Under the pieces are notes generated by a model. The model worked only from the letters and a program-made list of their open reading frames with translations, did not search any database and was not told the origin of the DNA. DNA of 64,000 bases from Gammaproteobacteria bacterium (GTDB lineage: Bacteria; Pseudomonadota; Gammaproteobacteria; Pseudomonadales; Azotimanducaceae): assembly GCA_003248125.1 (NCBI GenBank), contig QJXZ01000089.1:3995-67994 (forward strand), read 5' to 3'. This document shows, piece by piece, positions 1-10,162 of this stretch; positions within the stretch are counted from its first letter, which is position 1, and every line of letters begins with the position of its first letter. The translations under genes were made by a program, and so were the position numbers.

Positions 1-306
1 TGTAATGAACGCTTTCGCTTCGCAGTTGTTGACGATGTACTCGACTTCCTTCTGCTGCAGTCGCCAGCTGATCGGCGTGTAGTACAAGCCCGCGCGTTGC
101 GCGGCCCAACAGATCTCGAAGAAGCACGGATGATTCTCGAGCAGAATCGCGACGTGATCGCCGACCTCCAATCCGAGCTTCCGAAACAACTGCGCGCCGC
201 GATTCGATGCGTCGTCGAGCTCCTTGTAGGTGACCGCGAGACCCGTCTCGGCCATGACGTAAGCGATCTTGTCAGGCGTTTCCGCCGCAATTGTGCCCGG
301 GTGCAT
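1..306 (-). CDS. AMP-dependent acyl-CoA synthetase/ligase, first 102 codons (gene continues past window start)
   Basis: Not in ORF track (no stop in window). The reverse complement of 306..1 reads MHPGTIAAETPDKIAYVMAETGLAVTYKELDDASNRGAQLFRKLGLEVGDHVAILLENHPCFFEICWAAQRAGLYYTPISWRLQQKEVEYIVNNCEAKAFIT. This is the typical N-terminal layout of ANL-family CoA ligases. GC3 is high. Confidence 0.75.
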   Translation of the reverse strand, partial: MHPGTIAAETPDKIAYVMAETGLAVTYKELDDASNRGAQLFRKLGLEVGDHVAILLENHPCFFEICWAAQRAGLYYTPISWRLQQKEVEYIVNNCEAKAFIT

Positions 307-502
307 GCACCTGCCCTACCAATGACGAGGCGCTGAAAATATTGGCTTTGCGCCGATTGTGCAATGTGAGCGAGCGCCGGCCGGCATCGCGCGCGATGCC
401 GTCGGCATGAAACAGCTACGTAACACTTCTTTCTTGCGCACCTTCAAAGGCCGGCATACTCTCGGTCGACTCATCTCAAGGCTCGGGAGGCAGGGAACCC
501 CG

Positions 503-868
503 ATGGCCAATACCGGACAATTCAACGTGTGCTGCAGCGGAACGTTGCATGTCGACGTACACCGTGGCGGTCTGCGTGGGATGTTCCGGCGTGCCGTCGC
601 TGCCGACTGCGTAGAGTTCTCCGTCTCGGGTATCCGGCTCGAGACCCGCGGCAAGTTCAGCATTGGCGAACAGCTGGTCATCGACCTCTCGATGCACGAC
701 CTGCGCATCGAAGAGCTACCCGGCGTCGTACGCAGCGCCACGGCGCGCGCCGATCGCAACTGCTACGAGATCGACTTCACCACCACGGGCCGCCAGCGCG
801 GCGATGCGCTGCACGGCCTTCGCCACATCGCGTCTCACCTTCGTACGCACGATTCGCTCGCGTCGTAG
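503..868 (+). CDS. hypothetical 121-aa protein, weak PilZ-like resemblance
   Basis: Inner ATG of ORF 359..868 with GGGAGG about 12 nt upstream; third-position GC rises from this point. FSVSGIRLE resembles the D/NxSxxG half of a PilZ motif, but no clear RxxxR is present. Confidence 0.4.
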   Translation: MANTGQFNVCCSGTLHVDVHRGGLRGMFRRAVAADCVEFSVSGIRLETRGKFSIGEQLVIDLSMHDLRIEELPGVVRSATARADRNCYEIDFTTTGRQRGDALHGLRHIASHLRTHDSLAS

Positions 869-886
869 GCCCATGTCGCCCGTCGG

Positions 887-2473
887 TTGAATGTGATCGA
901 CTGGCGGTTCCCCTACCCTTCGCAGCGCATGCCGGTGGCGGCTGCCAACGTCGTCGCGACCTCCCAACCACTCGCGGTACAAGCCGGCATCGAAGCGCTT
1001 CGTGCCGGCGGCAATGCGGTCGACGCGGCGCTCGCTGCGGCCATCACGCTCACCGTCGTCGAACCGAACAACAACGGTGTCGGGAGCGACGCGTTCGCAA
1101 TCGTATGGGACGGACACGAGCTCACCGGACTGAACGCCTCGGGTCGTTCGCCTGCCGGCTGGACTCGGGATCGGTTCGCAAGCCATGCAACGATGCCGCA
1201 ACTCGGTTGGGATGCGGTGACGGTACCTGGCGCCGTCTCGGCATGGGTGGCACTGTCGCAGCGGTTCGGGCGCTTGCCGTTTGCATCCCTGTTCCGGCCA
1301 GCAATCGGCTATGCGCGCAGCGGATTTCCGGTTGGTCCGAAGACGGCCTACCACTGGCAATTCGCCGTGGAGCGGCTCAGCGACTTCGATGCCTTCATCG
1401 AGCACTTCACCAGCGACGGCCGTGCGCCGCGTGCCGGCGAGGTGTTCCGGCGACCGGATCTGGCCGACACACTGGAAGAGATCGCGCAAACCAACGGCGA
1501 TTCGTTCTATCGGGGCGTCTTGGCGCGAAGAATTGCCGCACAGGCTGAAATCGACGGCGGCGCGCTCACCGCCGATGACCTGCATAGCCATCGTGCCGAT
1601 TGGGTGACCCCGATTGCGGCGCGGTACCGCAATGTCGTCGTGCACGAAATTCCGCCGAACGCCCAAGGTTTGGCCGCCCAGATCGCACTCGGCATCCTCG
1701 CCCATCACCCACTCGATACCTTGCACGCGGATTCGGCCGAAGTCGTGCATCTGCAAATCGAAGCGATGAAAATCGCCATTCGCGCCGCGTTCGAGCATTT
1801 TGCAGATCCGCAGTCGATGCGCTGCTCACCACAGCAATTGCTGGCTGAGAATCGCCTCGAAGTGCTCGCGAAGCAGATCGGCGGCGCAGCGCTCGCGCCA
1901 CCGCCGCCGCTGCTGGCCGTCAGCCGCGACACCGTTTACCTCGCCGCAGCCGATGCCGAAGGGATGATGGTGTCGTTCATCCAATCCAACTACGAAGGGT
2001 TCGGCTCTGGCGTAGTGATTCCGGGCACCGGAATCGCATTGCAGAATCGCGGTAGCGGCTTCGTTCTCGACCCAACTCATCCGAACTGCGTCGCGCCGTC
2101 GAAGCGGCCCTATCATACGATCATCCCGGGCTTCGTCACCGATGCCGACGGCGCGCGACTCGCATTCGGCGTCATGGGTGGGCACATGCAGCACCAGGGC
2201 CACGTGCAGATGGTGAGCCGTATCTTCGATCACGGCCAAAATCCCCAGGCGGCCAGCGATGCGCCGCGCTGGCGGGTTTTCGGCGACGGCCGAATCTGTG
2301 TCGAGACCGGCTTCGATCGCAATGTGGTCGATGAACTACGCAAGCGAGGTCACGACGTGCGCTACGACGAACGGGAAAGCATCTTTGGCGGTGCCCAGCT
2401 CATCTATCGCGCCGCCGACTGCTATGTCGGCGCATCCGACCATCGCAAAGAAGGTCAGGCGGCCGGCTTCTAA
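887..2473 (+). CDS. ggt: gamma-glutamyltransferase family protein (leaderless, YwrD-like)
   Basis: 528-aa ORF. Motifs: DWRFPYPSQRMPVAAANVVATSQPLAVQAGIEALRAGGNAVDAALAAAITLTVVEP, autoprocessing-site context SRDTVYLAAAD (Thr nucleophile) and GSGVVIPGTGIALQNRG. No signal peptide. TTG start at 887; ATG at 929 is an alternative. Confidence 0.9.
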   Translation: MNVIDWRFPYPSQRMPVAAANVVATSQPLAVQAGIEALRAGGNAVDAALAAAITLTVVEPNNNGVGSDAFAIVWDGHELTGLNASGRSPAGWTRDRFASHATMPQLGWDAVTVPGAVSAWVALSQRFGRLPFASLFRPAIGYARSGFPVGPKTAYHWQFAVERLSDFDAFIEHFTSDGRAPRAGEVFRRPDLADTLEEIAQTNGDSFYRGVLARRIAAQAEIDGGALTADDLHSHRADWVTPIAARYRNVVVHEIPPNAQGLAAQIALGILAHHPLDTLHADSAEVVHLQIEAMKIAIRAAFEHFADPQSMRCSPQQLLAENRLEVLAKQIGGAALAPPPPLLAVSRDTVYLAAADAEGMMVSFIQSNYEGFGSGVVIPGTGIALQNRGSGFVLDPTHPNCVAPSKRPYHTIIPGFVTDADGARLAFGVMGGHMQHQGHVQMVSRIFDHGQNPQAASDAPRWRVFGDGRICVETGFDRNVVDELRKRGHDVRYDERESIFGGAQLIYRAADCYVGASDHRKEGQAAGF

Positions 2474-2482
2474 CGTCCGCGC

Positions 2483-2857
2483 TCAGAACCTGCCGCGTAC
2501 CACGCCACTCACGGCCTCGATGACGTCCCCGGCATCGCTGCCGACACGCACGCGCACCTTGATCTCGTCACGGCCAACATCCTCGTCGAGCAGCGATTGA
2601 CCGACCAAGAGCTCACGCTCGGCGGCCACGGGCTCGGCACTCGCCTCCACCAGATGGACGTCGACGCGCTCCGCGAGCGACTCGTCTCGAAGCGGGTCTT
2701 CACCCAAGATGTCGATCGAAATCTCGAACGTAACACCACGCTCGACTTCGACTTCGGTGCACGACAATCGATAGCGGTAGGTGAGCAACGCGAGTGCCAA
2801 ACGGCGTTGCCCGTCAGTCTGCGAAATCGTCAACTCGACGTTGGCAAGTTGCGCCAT
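2483..2857 (-). CDS. hypothetical acidic protein (124 aa)
   Basis: ORF with high GC3. Its start lies 4 nt after the stop of the upstream DUF486-like gene on the same strand. No family recognised. Confidence 0.55.
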   Translation of the reverse strand: MAQLANVELTISQTDGQRRLALALLTYRYRLSCTEVEVERGVTFEISIDILGEDPLRDESLAERVDVHLVEASAEPVAAERELLVGQSLLDEDVGRDEIKVRVRVGSDAGDVIEAVSGVVRGRF

Positions 2858-2860
2858 CTG

Positions 2861-3130
2861 TCAAATTCCCAATTTGGATCTGAAGAGAAAGTAAACGGCA
2901 CCGAGGATACACAAGCCGGCCCATAAGTAGTCCCACGTCGGACGCTCCCGCAAATACGGAACCGCGAAGGGCACGAACACGAGGAGGGTAATGACCCCTT
3001 GCAGGATCTTGAGCTGGCCAAAGATCCATGGCCGCGCCGACAGATTCTGCAAATGGCCGTGCCAAGGGAACGTCATGAACACGTTGGTCAGCGTCAACGG
3101 AGGACCTATGGTGGTCCGGATCGGCGACAA
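2861..3130 (-). CDS. DUF486/DMT-superfamily small membrane protein, apparently shortened
   Basis: LTNVFMTFPWHGHL and QLKILQGVITLLVF...LWAGLCILGAVYFLF match the two ends of the roughly 110-aa DUF486 family. The segment normally between them seems absent. TTG start at 3130 chosen; the N-terminal part of ORF 2861..3247 looks non-native. Confidence 0.5.
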   Translation of the reverse strand: MSPIRTTIGPPLTLTNVFMTFPWHGHLQNLSARPWIFGQLKILQGVITLLVFVPFAVPYLRERPTWDYLWAGLCILGAVYFLFRSKLGI

Positions 3131-3253
3131 GTGAGTTCCTTCGCGACCGGCATAGCGCTGGCTGCGGAATGTCGCAAACGCGACACCGGTCCACCCCGGC
3201 GGTACAGACGGATTCACGAAGGGGGAATGCGGAAGCCGGCACCCCAACCCGAT

Positions 3254-3652
3254 TCACTCGTCTCGCGGTTCGAGCTTGAGTGACGCCGAGTTCATGCAGA
3301 ATCTCAGGCCGGTGGGCCGCGGTCCGTCGGGAAACACGTGCCCCAAGTGTGCTTCGCATGCGGCACACATCACCTCGGTGCGCACCATACCCATGGACGT
3401 GTCTTCGCGGACCGCAACCGCGTCCCTTTCCACCGGTGCATAGAAACTTGGCCATCCACTGCCCGAGTCGTACTTCGTGTCGGAGTCGAACAGCTTCGCG
3501 CCACAACATACGCAGTGATAAGTACCGGGTGTTTTGGTATTCCAGTAGCGACCCGTGAAGGCACGCTCAGTACCGCCGCAACGGGCTACTTCGAATTCCT
3601 GCTCGGAGAGTTCAGCGCGCCAGTCGTCGTCTGTTTTGGTTACTTTGGCCAT
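3254..3652 (-). CDS. msrB: peptide-methionine (R)-S-oxide reductase
   Basis: Inner ATG gives 132 aa starting [11 protein letters not shown]. Two CxxC zinc pairs ([21 protein letters not shown]), GWPSF, and catalytic RFCMNS. Confidence 0.93.
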   Translation of the reverse strand: MAKVTKTDDDWRAELSEQEFEVARCGGTERAFTGRYWNTKTPGTYHCVCCGAKLFDSDTKYDSGSGWPSFYAPVERDAVAVREDTSMGMVRTEVMCAACEAHLGHVFPDGPRPTGLRFCMNSASLKLEPRDE

Positions 3653-3714
3653 GGGATCTCCTGCTTGGCACGGATCGGCGTACAATCGGCCGATTCTAAG
3701 GAGCGCTCGACCCG

Positions 3715-4980
3715 ATGCAAGGCACCCCCGATCGCGACCGCGTGACCCCACTGACTCCGCTCGGCCACCAGACGATCGCGAAATCCACCAAGCTGGCCAA
3801 CGTCTGCTACGACATTCGCGGCCCCGTGCTACGCGAAGCGATGCGCCTCGAGGAGGAAGGTCACCGGGTGCTGAAGCTCAACATCGGCAATCCGGCGCCG
3901 TTCGGCTTCGAAGCACCCGAAGAAATCCTGGTCGACGTCATCCACAACCTGCCCCAGTCGCAGGGCTACTGCGATTCCAAGGGCCTATATTCGGCACGCA
4001 AAGCAGTCATGCAGCGCTGCCAGCAAATGGGGGTCACCGGCGTCGAGGTCGAGGACATCTACATCGGCAATGGTGTTTCCGAGCTGATCGTGATGGCGAT
4101 GCAGGCACTCATCAACGATGGCGACGAGATCTTGGTTCCGGCGCCCGACTATCCGCTCTGGACAGCCGCCATCACGTTGGCCGGCGGTAAGGCCGTGCAC
4201 TACCGATGCGACGAACAATCCGATTGGATACCGGACATCGGCGATCTACGCCGCAAGGTGACGTCGCGCACGCGTGCCATCGTCGTCATCAACCCCAACA
4301 ACCCGACGGGCGCGGTGTATCCGCGCGACGTGCTCGAGCAAGTGGTGGCCATCGCACACAGCCACGACCTGGTGCTGTTCGCCGACGAAATCTACGATCG
4401 TATTTTGTACGACGATGCCGTCCACGTTCCGCTCGCGACACTCACCGACGATCTCTTGGTCATCTCGTTCAATGGTCTGTCGAAGACTTATCGCGTCGCC
4501 GGATTTCGCACGGGTTGGATGGTAATTTCGGGTGCCAAGCACCGTGCTCGCGACTATATCGAGGGCTTAGACATCCTCGCCTCGATGCGGCTCTGCTCGA
4601 ACGTCCCGACACAGCATGCCGTGCAAACCGCGCTGGGTGGCTACCAGAGTATTCGCGAGTTCATCGTTCCAGGTGGCCGAATGTACGAGCAGCGCAACTA
4701 CGCCCACGCGCTGCTGACACAGATCGAAGGCGTCACCTGCGTGAAGCCGAAAGGTGCGCTGTACTTGTTCCCGCGCCTCGATCCACGCCGCTTCAACATC
4801 ACCGACGATGAACGCTTCGCCCTCGACCTATTGCAGCAGGAAAAACTCCTGGTCGTGCAGGGAACCGGATTCAATTGGCCGGAGCCCGATCACTTCCGTA
4901 TCGTGTTCTTGCCGCGCAAAGACGAGCTCACCGAAGCGATCGGGCGGCTTGCTCATTTCTTGGACGACTATCGGCAATAG
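3715..4980 (+). CDS. alaA: class I/II PLP-dependent aminotransferase (AlaA-type glutamate-pyruvate aminotransferase)
   Basis: 421 aa. Motifs: [40 protein letters not shown], and PLP-lysine context [18 protein letters not shown]. Confidence 0.87.
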   Translation: MQGTPDRDRVTPLTPLGHQTIAKSTKLANVCYDIRGPVLREAMRLEEEGHRVLKLNIGNPAPFGFEAPEEILVDVIHNLPQSQGYCDSKGLYSARKAVMQRCQQMGVTGVEVEDIYIGNGVSELIVMAMQALINDGDEILVPAPDYPLWTAAITLAGGKAVHYRCDEQSDWIPDIGDLRRKVTSRTRAIVVINPNNPTGAVYPRDVLEQVVAIAHSHDLVLFADEIYDRILYDDAVHVPLATLTDDLLVISFNGLSKTYRVAGFRTGWMVISGAKHRARDYIEGLDILASMRLCSNVPTQHAVQTALGGYQSIREFIVPGGRMYEQRNYAHALLTQIEGVTCVKPKGALYLFPRLDPRRFNITDDERFALDLLQQEKLLVVQGTGFNWPEPDHFRIVFLPRKDELTEAIGRLAHFLDDYRQ

Positions 4981-4982
4981 CG

Positions 4983-6101
4983 TTAGCCATCGGCTCGGCC
5001 AACGCGATACAACAATTCGTCATGATATCCCGCGACAATTGCGATGACGCCGTCGAAACTCGCGTCCAGCGCCGCGTCGCCCGTATCCACGTGCAGCGGT
5101 TCGCCAGCAAGCGACGCAAGCTTGGTTCGTGTGCCCACCACGCGCAGATGCGCCTTGCCGAGCCGCCTCAGCAGCGCTGCCGACAGCTGCTGGTTGCCAC
5201 GACCGAGCAGAAATCCCTGGTGGCCGGTAAAGCTCAGCACCACCACGCTTTGGTCATCGGCCAACCGGTCGAGCGTCTCGGCGTCAGCGTCCTTCGCAAT
5301 CAACCGACCACCGTGGACCACGTCGAAGCCGAGCAGCGTGCCATCGATGGCCATCGCCTCCTTGATTGCGGCAAGGGTCGTGCCTGGACCGAGTAGCACT
5401 GGAGCGTCGACGTCCGCCAACTCCTCGATCATGTGTTGTGCAATCTCGAGGTGCACGAGCCGCTCGTCCTCGCGGCCGCCGCTCTTGACGTGTTGCACGT
5501 AGCCGCCAAGCCGCGGCACGCGCAAATAGCCATAGTGACGAGTGCTGACACGACCGGCGCGCAGCGCGGCCTCGTCGATGTCGCGCACCTCACACGGTTC
5601 GACCGCGACCAACTCGCCACGCACCACCCGCAGCAGTATTTCGGCGGCGTCGGTTGGCGTCATCGCAAATACGCCGGAATGCATCTTGACGCCCGCTGGC
5701 ACCCCAAGCACGGCAACGCGCTCTCCGATCGCATCGAGGATGTCACGCGCGGTGCCGTCGCCACCGGCGAACAGCAAGATGTCGATGCCATCGTCGACCA
5801 GTGCGCATGCGGCAGTTCGCGTATCAATCGCCGAGGTTGGCGGCATTGCCTCGCCAAGGACGGTCGCGACCGCCCATGTCGGCAGCGACGCTAGACCCAT
5901 GTCGCCCGCCCAGGTCTTGAAACGACAATCACGCGCGACGGGTTCGAGCGCATCGAGTGCTGATCGCATACGCGTGACCGCCATCGATATGGCGCCTTTG
6001 GCCCGGGCCGCCGCTTGCACGGCGGCGCCGTCACTACCTTTCAAACCAGCGGCACCGCCGATGCCGGCAACTGGATTGACCAGCACACCGATGGTCAACA
6101 C
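4983..6101 (-). CDS. ATP-NAD kinase family protein (COG3199-like)
   Basis: 372 aa. Starts MLTIGVLVNPVAGIGGAAGLKGSDG and carries the NAD-kinase signature LLFAGGDGTARDILDAIG. Confidence 0.8.
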   Translation of the reverse strand: MLTIGVLVNPVAGIGGAAGLKGSDGAAVQAAARAKGAISMAVTRMRSALDALEPVARDCRFKTWAGDMGLASLPTWAVATVLGEAMPPTSAIDTRTAACALVDDGIDILLFAGGDGTARDILDAIGERVAVLGVPAGVKMHSGVFAMTPTDAAEILLRVVRGELVAVEPCEVRDIDEAALRAGRVSTRHYGYLRVPRLGGYVQHVKSGGREDERLVHLEIAQHMIEELADVDAPVLLGPGTTLAAIKEAMAIDGTLLGFDVVHGGRLIAKDADAETLDRLADDQSVVVLSFTGHQGFLLGRGNQQLSAALLRRLGKAHLRVVGTRTKLASLAGEPLHVDTGDAALDASFDGVIAIVAGYHDELLYRVGRADG

Positions 6102-6106
6102 ATCAG

Positions 6107-7204
6107 TTACGCCGAGAGTGCATCGGTTGCGACCCGTTCGGCGATGGCGAGTGCCGCGGTCAATCCAGGCGACTCGATACCGAGCAGATGCACCACACCA
6201 GCGACACCATGCTGCGCGGGACCGAGAATGACGAAATCTCCCGCCGGGCTCCCGGCGTCGCCCAGCTTCGGGCGAATGCCGGTGTATCCCGGCACTAGGC
6301 GCGTTTCGTCCAGCGCCGGGTAGTACTGCCGGATCGCCGCGACGAAGCTCTCACGCCGACTGTCATCGAAGGTGTAGTCCGGTGCATCGATCCACCGCAC
6401 ATCAGGGCCAAATTTGGCCTGCCCCCCCAGATCGATCGTCACGTGCACGCCTAGTCCGCCGGGTTCGGCCACCGGATAGACCAGATGCGTGAACGGTGAG
6501 GCGCCACCGAGGACGTAATAGTGTCCGATCGCATAGTGCGGCTTTGGTAGCTGCACCTCGCCGTGAGGCAATCGAAGCGCGAGGTCGGGCGCGTGCAATC
6601 CTGTAGCATTGATCAACACGTTCGCATCGAGCTCCATCGCCGACGTCACGACGCGAATGCCGTCGCGCGTCTCGAGCGCGGCCTCGAGCGTCGTTTCGAA
6701 TGCGATGGCGCCCCCGGCTTGCTCGAGAATGCCGACCAGGCTTTCCATGAATGCGTGGCTGTCGATGATGCCGGTGCTATCTGAGTACACGGCGCCGACG
6801 CACTTGACCTCTGGCTCGATGTCTCGGACCTGATTCGCGGTCAGCCACTTCAGCTCGCCGACGCCGTTGGCGAGTGCGCTGCGCTGATAGCCGCGCAGTA
6901 CCTCTAGCTGGGCCGGTGCAGTAGCGACGATGATCTTGCCGCACCTGCTTACCGGCACACCGAATTCTTCACAGTGTCGGTACAAGGCCGCTTTCCCAGA
7001 AACACACAGTGCTGCCTTGAGGCTGTCACGCGGGTAGTAGATACCGGCATGCACTACCTCGGAGTTGCGGCTCGACGTTTCGGTACCGATCTGCCCATGC
7101 CGCTCGACCACCACCACCTCACGACCGCGACGTGCGAGCGCGACGGCACACGCGAGACCCACCACGCCTGCACCAACAACGATGCAATCGACCTTATCGG
7201 TCAC
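6107..7204 (-). CDS. FAD-dependent oxidoreductase (L-2-hydroxyglutarate oxidase/dehydrogenase-like)
   Basis: Rossmann motif DCIVVGAGVVGLACAVALARRGREVVVVERH, then SSRNSEVVHAGIYY. GTG start at 7204 chosen; the longer ORF to 7375 is Arg-rich and overlaps epmC. Confidence 0.8.
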   Translation of the reverse strand: MTDKVDCIVVGAGVVGLACAVALARRGREVVVVERHGQIGTETSSRNSEVVHAGIYYPRDSLKAALCVSGKAALYRHCEEFGVPVSRCGKIIVATAPAQLEVLRGYQRSALANGVGELKWLTANQVRDIEPEVKCVGAVYSDSTGIIDSHAFMESLVGILEQAGGAIAFETTLEAALETRDGIRVVTSAMELDANVLINATGLHAPDLALRLPHGEVQLPKPHYAIGHYYVLGGASPFTHLVYPVAEPGGLGVHVTIDLGGQAKFGPDVRWIDAPDYTFDDSRRESFVAAIRQYYPALDETRLVPGYTGIRPKLGDAGSPAGDFVILGPAQHGVAGVVHLLGIESPGLTAALAIAERVATDALSA

Positions 7205-7694
7205 GTTGAAACTCGCACACCAACGCTCGCACGAATCGCGCCGCACGCGGCGGTAGCCCACGCGCCTTCCAGTGCGCTGCGCTTGCCGCGGTCGCGTGTG
7301 CGAAGCCGCGCCGCTCGGCGGCCGTCGCCGCAAGATCGTCCGTGCTGGGTTCGAATTGCACCCCGGCCGCCGCACTCAACACCTTCTCGAGACCTTGGTT
7401 GTGCGCTTCCATTTCGAGGAACCGCGCTTGTGCGTCCTTCGATCGGGGCGGCGGGTCGTAGAAATATCCATAGTCCGTGAGTTGCCGGCGCGCTACCGAT
7501 GCCACGCACCAGTGCGCCGCTTCGTGTAGCGCGCTCGCCGGAAAGTCGCGATTGAACACGATCTCCGCACATTGGGTTTGTGTGGGCGGTAGATACAACG
7601 GCTCATCGCCACCCCCATGCATGATGGTGCGATGGCTGTATGCAAAGCAGCGGTTGAATACGGCGCTGATGCGTAGCGCAACGGGATCAATCAT
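7194..7694 (-). CDS. epmC: elongation factor P hydroxylase
   Basis: 166 aa. GGGDEPLYLP, ALHEAAHWCVASVARRQLTDYGYFY and PPRAARFVRAL align with my recollection of E. coli YfcM/EpmC (GDDEPIYLP, HEISHWCIAGKARR, DFGYWY, PERPARFIKAL). Confidence 0.85.
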   Translation of the reverse strand: MIDPVALRISAVFNRCFAYSHRTIMHGGGDEPLYLPPTQTQCAEIVFNRDFPASALHEAAHWCVASVARRQLTDYGYFYDPPPRSKDAQARFLEMEAHNQGLEKVLSAAAGVQFEPSTDDLAATAAERRGFAHATAASAAHWKARGLPPRAARFVRALVCEFQRDR

Positions 7695-8139
7695 CGCTGC
7701 ACATCAGGGCGCGCAGTGTGCGTACGTAGGCATCGCTCAGATACGGCTCGCCGGCGAGCAAGTGGGCAAGATACGCTCGACTCGGTCGGAGACCCGGTTG
7801 TCGCACGGCGCGATTAGCAAAATAGGTCCAGCCGACCAGCTCGATATCACCCGACTCCACCCGCACCAGTTCCCGGCTGTAGTTGATGGGCGTGCGCTCG
7901 AAGCGATCCATCCTCAGGATGTCTTCGGTACCTGCGAGGTCGTACAAGACCCCTTCGACCCAACTACCGCGTTCGAAATCGAGTGCGGCATGGCCAACAC
8001 CGACGTGATCACGCGACATCTTGTCGAACGTCAAGCGTACGCCGGCGAGCCGTGCGCCACGCACCGCGAGCACCTGCAGACCACGCGCGCGCACGCGCGC
8101 CGGGTTCATGTTCGAACCATAGGCGAAGTAGCGAACCAC
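7687..8139 (-). CDS. gamma-glutamylcyclotransferase (AIG2/GGCT-like)
   Basis: RYFAYGSNMNPARVRARG is the family N-terminal motif. GTG at 8139 lies 4 nt after the tusA stop and is preferred; ATG at 8178 (35-nt overlap with tusA) is the alternative. Confidence 0.72.
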   Translation of the reverse strand: MVRYFAYGSNMNPARVRARGLQVLAVRGARLAGVRLTFDKMSRDHVGVGHAALDFERGSWVEGVLYDLAGTEDILRMDRFERTPINYSRELVRVESGDIELVGWTYFANRAVRQPGLRPSRAYLAHLLAGEPYLSDAYVRTLRALMCSDD

Positions 8140-8143
8140 GACG

Positions 8144-8389
8144 TCAGGCACGCTTGATCCAATAGCTGAATTGCCCATCTCGCTCGCACTGCGCAACCAT
8201 CTCGTGGCCCATGAACCGGCACAGGTTCGCGAAGTCGCGAGCCGTAGAAGGATCAGTGGCAAGAACGTACAGCACCGCCCCGCTCTGCATGCCGCGCAAT
8301 CGATTGCGCACCAACATCAGAGGCTCTGGACAAATCAGACCGCGAGCATCGATCTCGTCGTCGGCCTGTGGGGGCGCGGGGTTGGACAC
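8144..8389 (-). CDS. tusA: sulfurtransferase TusA family
   Basis: 81 aa. DARGLICPEPLMLVRNRLR contains the catalytic CPxP motif; the size is typical. Confidence 0.85.
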   Translation of the reverse strand: MSNPAPPQADDEIDARGLICPEPLMLVRNRLRGMQSGAVLYVLATDPSTARDFANLCRFMGHEMVAQCERDGQFSYWIKRA

Positions 8390-8501
8390 GCGGTGATGTT
8401 AGCAATCGCCACCGGCGCACCCAAGCTTGTGCCTTGACTTGCCGTAGGGCGGTCGGGAGACTCGATCGGGAAACTTCGACCTGGGAGCCGGTCCAAGCGG
8501 T

Positions 8502-10004
8502 ATGGGATCGATCCGACAGACGTACCTGTTCGCCCTCATTTTGGCGCTGCCATGTGCTGCGCCGGCCACCGCCCAGGAAGTGCGCGGTGAGGTCGTTGGC
8601 TCGGCAGCGGCCGAGTCGACCGACAGCGAGGCAACAGCAACGGAGGATGCGGCCGAGCTCGCGCCACCGATGGGGGCAGGCGCGCCATCCGATGCCGCGA
8701 CACCTGACGGTGACGCCATCGGCACCGACGCGGCAAACGCATCGGCGCCCACCGATGTTGATGCGACGGTGGCAGGTGAGCTGGCCACCGAGCCGGCCGA
8801 CGAGCAGACCGACGACTTCATGGTGCGCGGCACGTTGCAGCTCGAGGCACGCGAGTTTGGCGATGCCGCGCGAACCCTTGCCGAAGGCGTCGCGGAAATG
8901 GAACGGGCGTTGCCGCGTTACGACGCCGCGCTCGCCCGGCCGCTCACGCTCCTCGGTGACGCTCAATTCGGGGAAGGTGAGTTCGCGGCCGCCGAGGAAA
9001 CCTACGGACGCGCGATTCACATCACCCGCGTAAACGAAGGGCTGCATTCACCAGCGCAGATTCCGATCGTCTACAAAGAAGCCGACACCATGGCGGCGCA
9101 AGGCAAGCTCGACGCTGCCAACGGCCGCCAGGAGTACGCCTACGAAACGCTGCGGCGCGCCTACGGTCCGGCTAGCGAAGCCTTGGTGCCGGGCATGTAC
9201 GCGCTCGCGGCCTGGTACAAGCGCACCCACAACATTTATTCGGCGCGCGAGCTTTACGCGTTGGCCGCGGAAACGCTGGCGCGTGTACACGGTCCCGACT
9301 CGCCTGAGCTCGTGCTACCCCTGCGCGGCGTCGCCGAAACCTTCCGCCAGGAACGATTTCCGCCCTATATCGCACCGAGTAAGCGGGAAGCGTTCACCGT
9401 CGGCACCGCCGCGTACAGCAACCAGGTCGCTGCCGAGCGGACGTTGGTAGTGAATCGGTACAGTGAGGGTGAACGCGCGCTCGGCGAAATCATTCGCATT
9501 CTCAACCAAGACCCGGACACGCCACGTCTGGACGTGGTGCTCGCCATCTTGGACCTCGCCGACTGGCACCTGCTGTTCGAGAAGTATTCGCGCGCGTTCG
9601 AGTTGTATGGCCGCGTGCAGGCGTTGATGGTGGAGGATGCGGGCCTGACTACCGAGGACATCGAGCGCTACTTCGGCCAGCCGATGCCGCTCTATCTGCC
9701 GATGCCGCCGAACCCCGATCCCCCTGACCCCACGCTCACCGCGCGTGCTACTGAAGGCTACGTCGAACTCGGCTACACGATCAGCGATCGTGGCGAGGTA
9801 CGCGACCTCGAAACGCTCGCCTCAGAGCCGCCGGGCATGATGGACATCAAGGTGCGGCGCGCCATGCGCGTGGCACGCTTCCGACCGCGTTTCGAGAATG
9901 GCGAACCGGTCGCAACACCGTTGCTCAAATACCGGCACCGTTTCGTCTACTACCCGGCACCCGAGCCGCCTGTCCACGAGCCGGAGGCAAGCGCCGGTGG
10001 CTGA
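8502..10004 (+). CDS. secreted TPR-repeat protein with C-terminal TonB_C-like domain
   Basis: Signal peptide MGSIRQTYLFALILALPCAAPATA/QE, an acidic low-complexity linker, then TPR-like helical repeats. The C-terminus EGYVELGYTISDRGEVRDLETLASEPPGMMDIKVRRAMRVARFRPRFENGEPV fits the TonB C-terminal domain pattern. Confidence 0.75.
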   Translation: MGSIRQTYLFALILALPCAAPATAQEVRGEVVGSAAAESTDSEATATEDAAELAPPMGAGAPSDAATPDGDAIGTDAANASAPTDVDATVAGELATEPADEQTDDFMVRGTLQLEAREFGDAARTLAEGVAEMERALPRYDAALARPLTLLGDAQFGEGEFAAAEETYGRAIHITRVNEGLHSPAQIPIVYKEADTMAAQGKLDAANGRQEYAYETLRRAYGPASEALVPGMYALAAWYKRTHNIYSARELYALAAETLARVHGPDSPELVLPLRGVAETFRQERFPPYIAPSKREAFTVGTAAYSNQVAAERTLVVNRYSEGERALGEIIRILNQDPDTPRLDVVLAILDLADWHLLFEKYSRAFELYGRVQALMVEDAGLTTEDIERYFGQPMPLYLPMPPNPDPPDPTLTARATEGYVELGYTISDRGEVRDLETLASEPPGMMDIKVRRAMRVARFRPRFENGEPVATPLLKYRHRFVYYPAPEPPVHEPEASAGG

Positions 10005-10162
10005 GGTCAACGCCCGTGGCTCGCACGCGTTGTTCGAATGGCCGGCACGGAAACTCGGGCCGGCGAGCGGCCTCTAAGTTGAAGCCGGACGCGCACTTAG
10101 AGCGCGCCGGACGATGTTCTATGATCGTGCGTGCGCCAAAGCGGCGCTCGAAGGAGATCGCC

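Noticed and set aside
529-1798. Long alternative-frame and antisense ORFs over the ggt region (529..1548 +, 339 aa; 716..1798 -, 360 aa).
   Set aside because: Their translations are Arg/Ala/Pro/Gly-rich low-complexity strings with no motifs. They fully overlap a gene with clear family signatures. This is the expected artefact of high GC.
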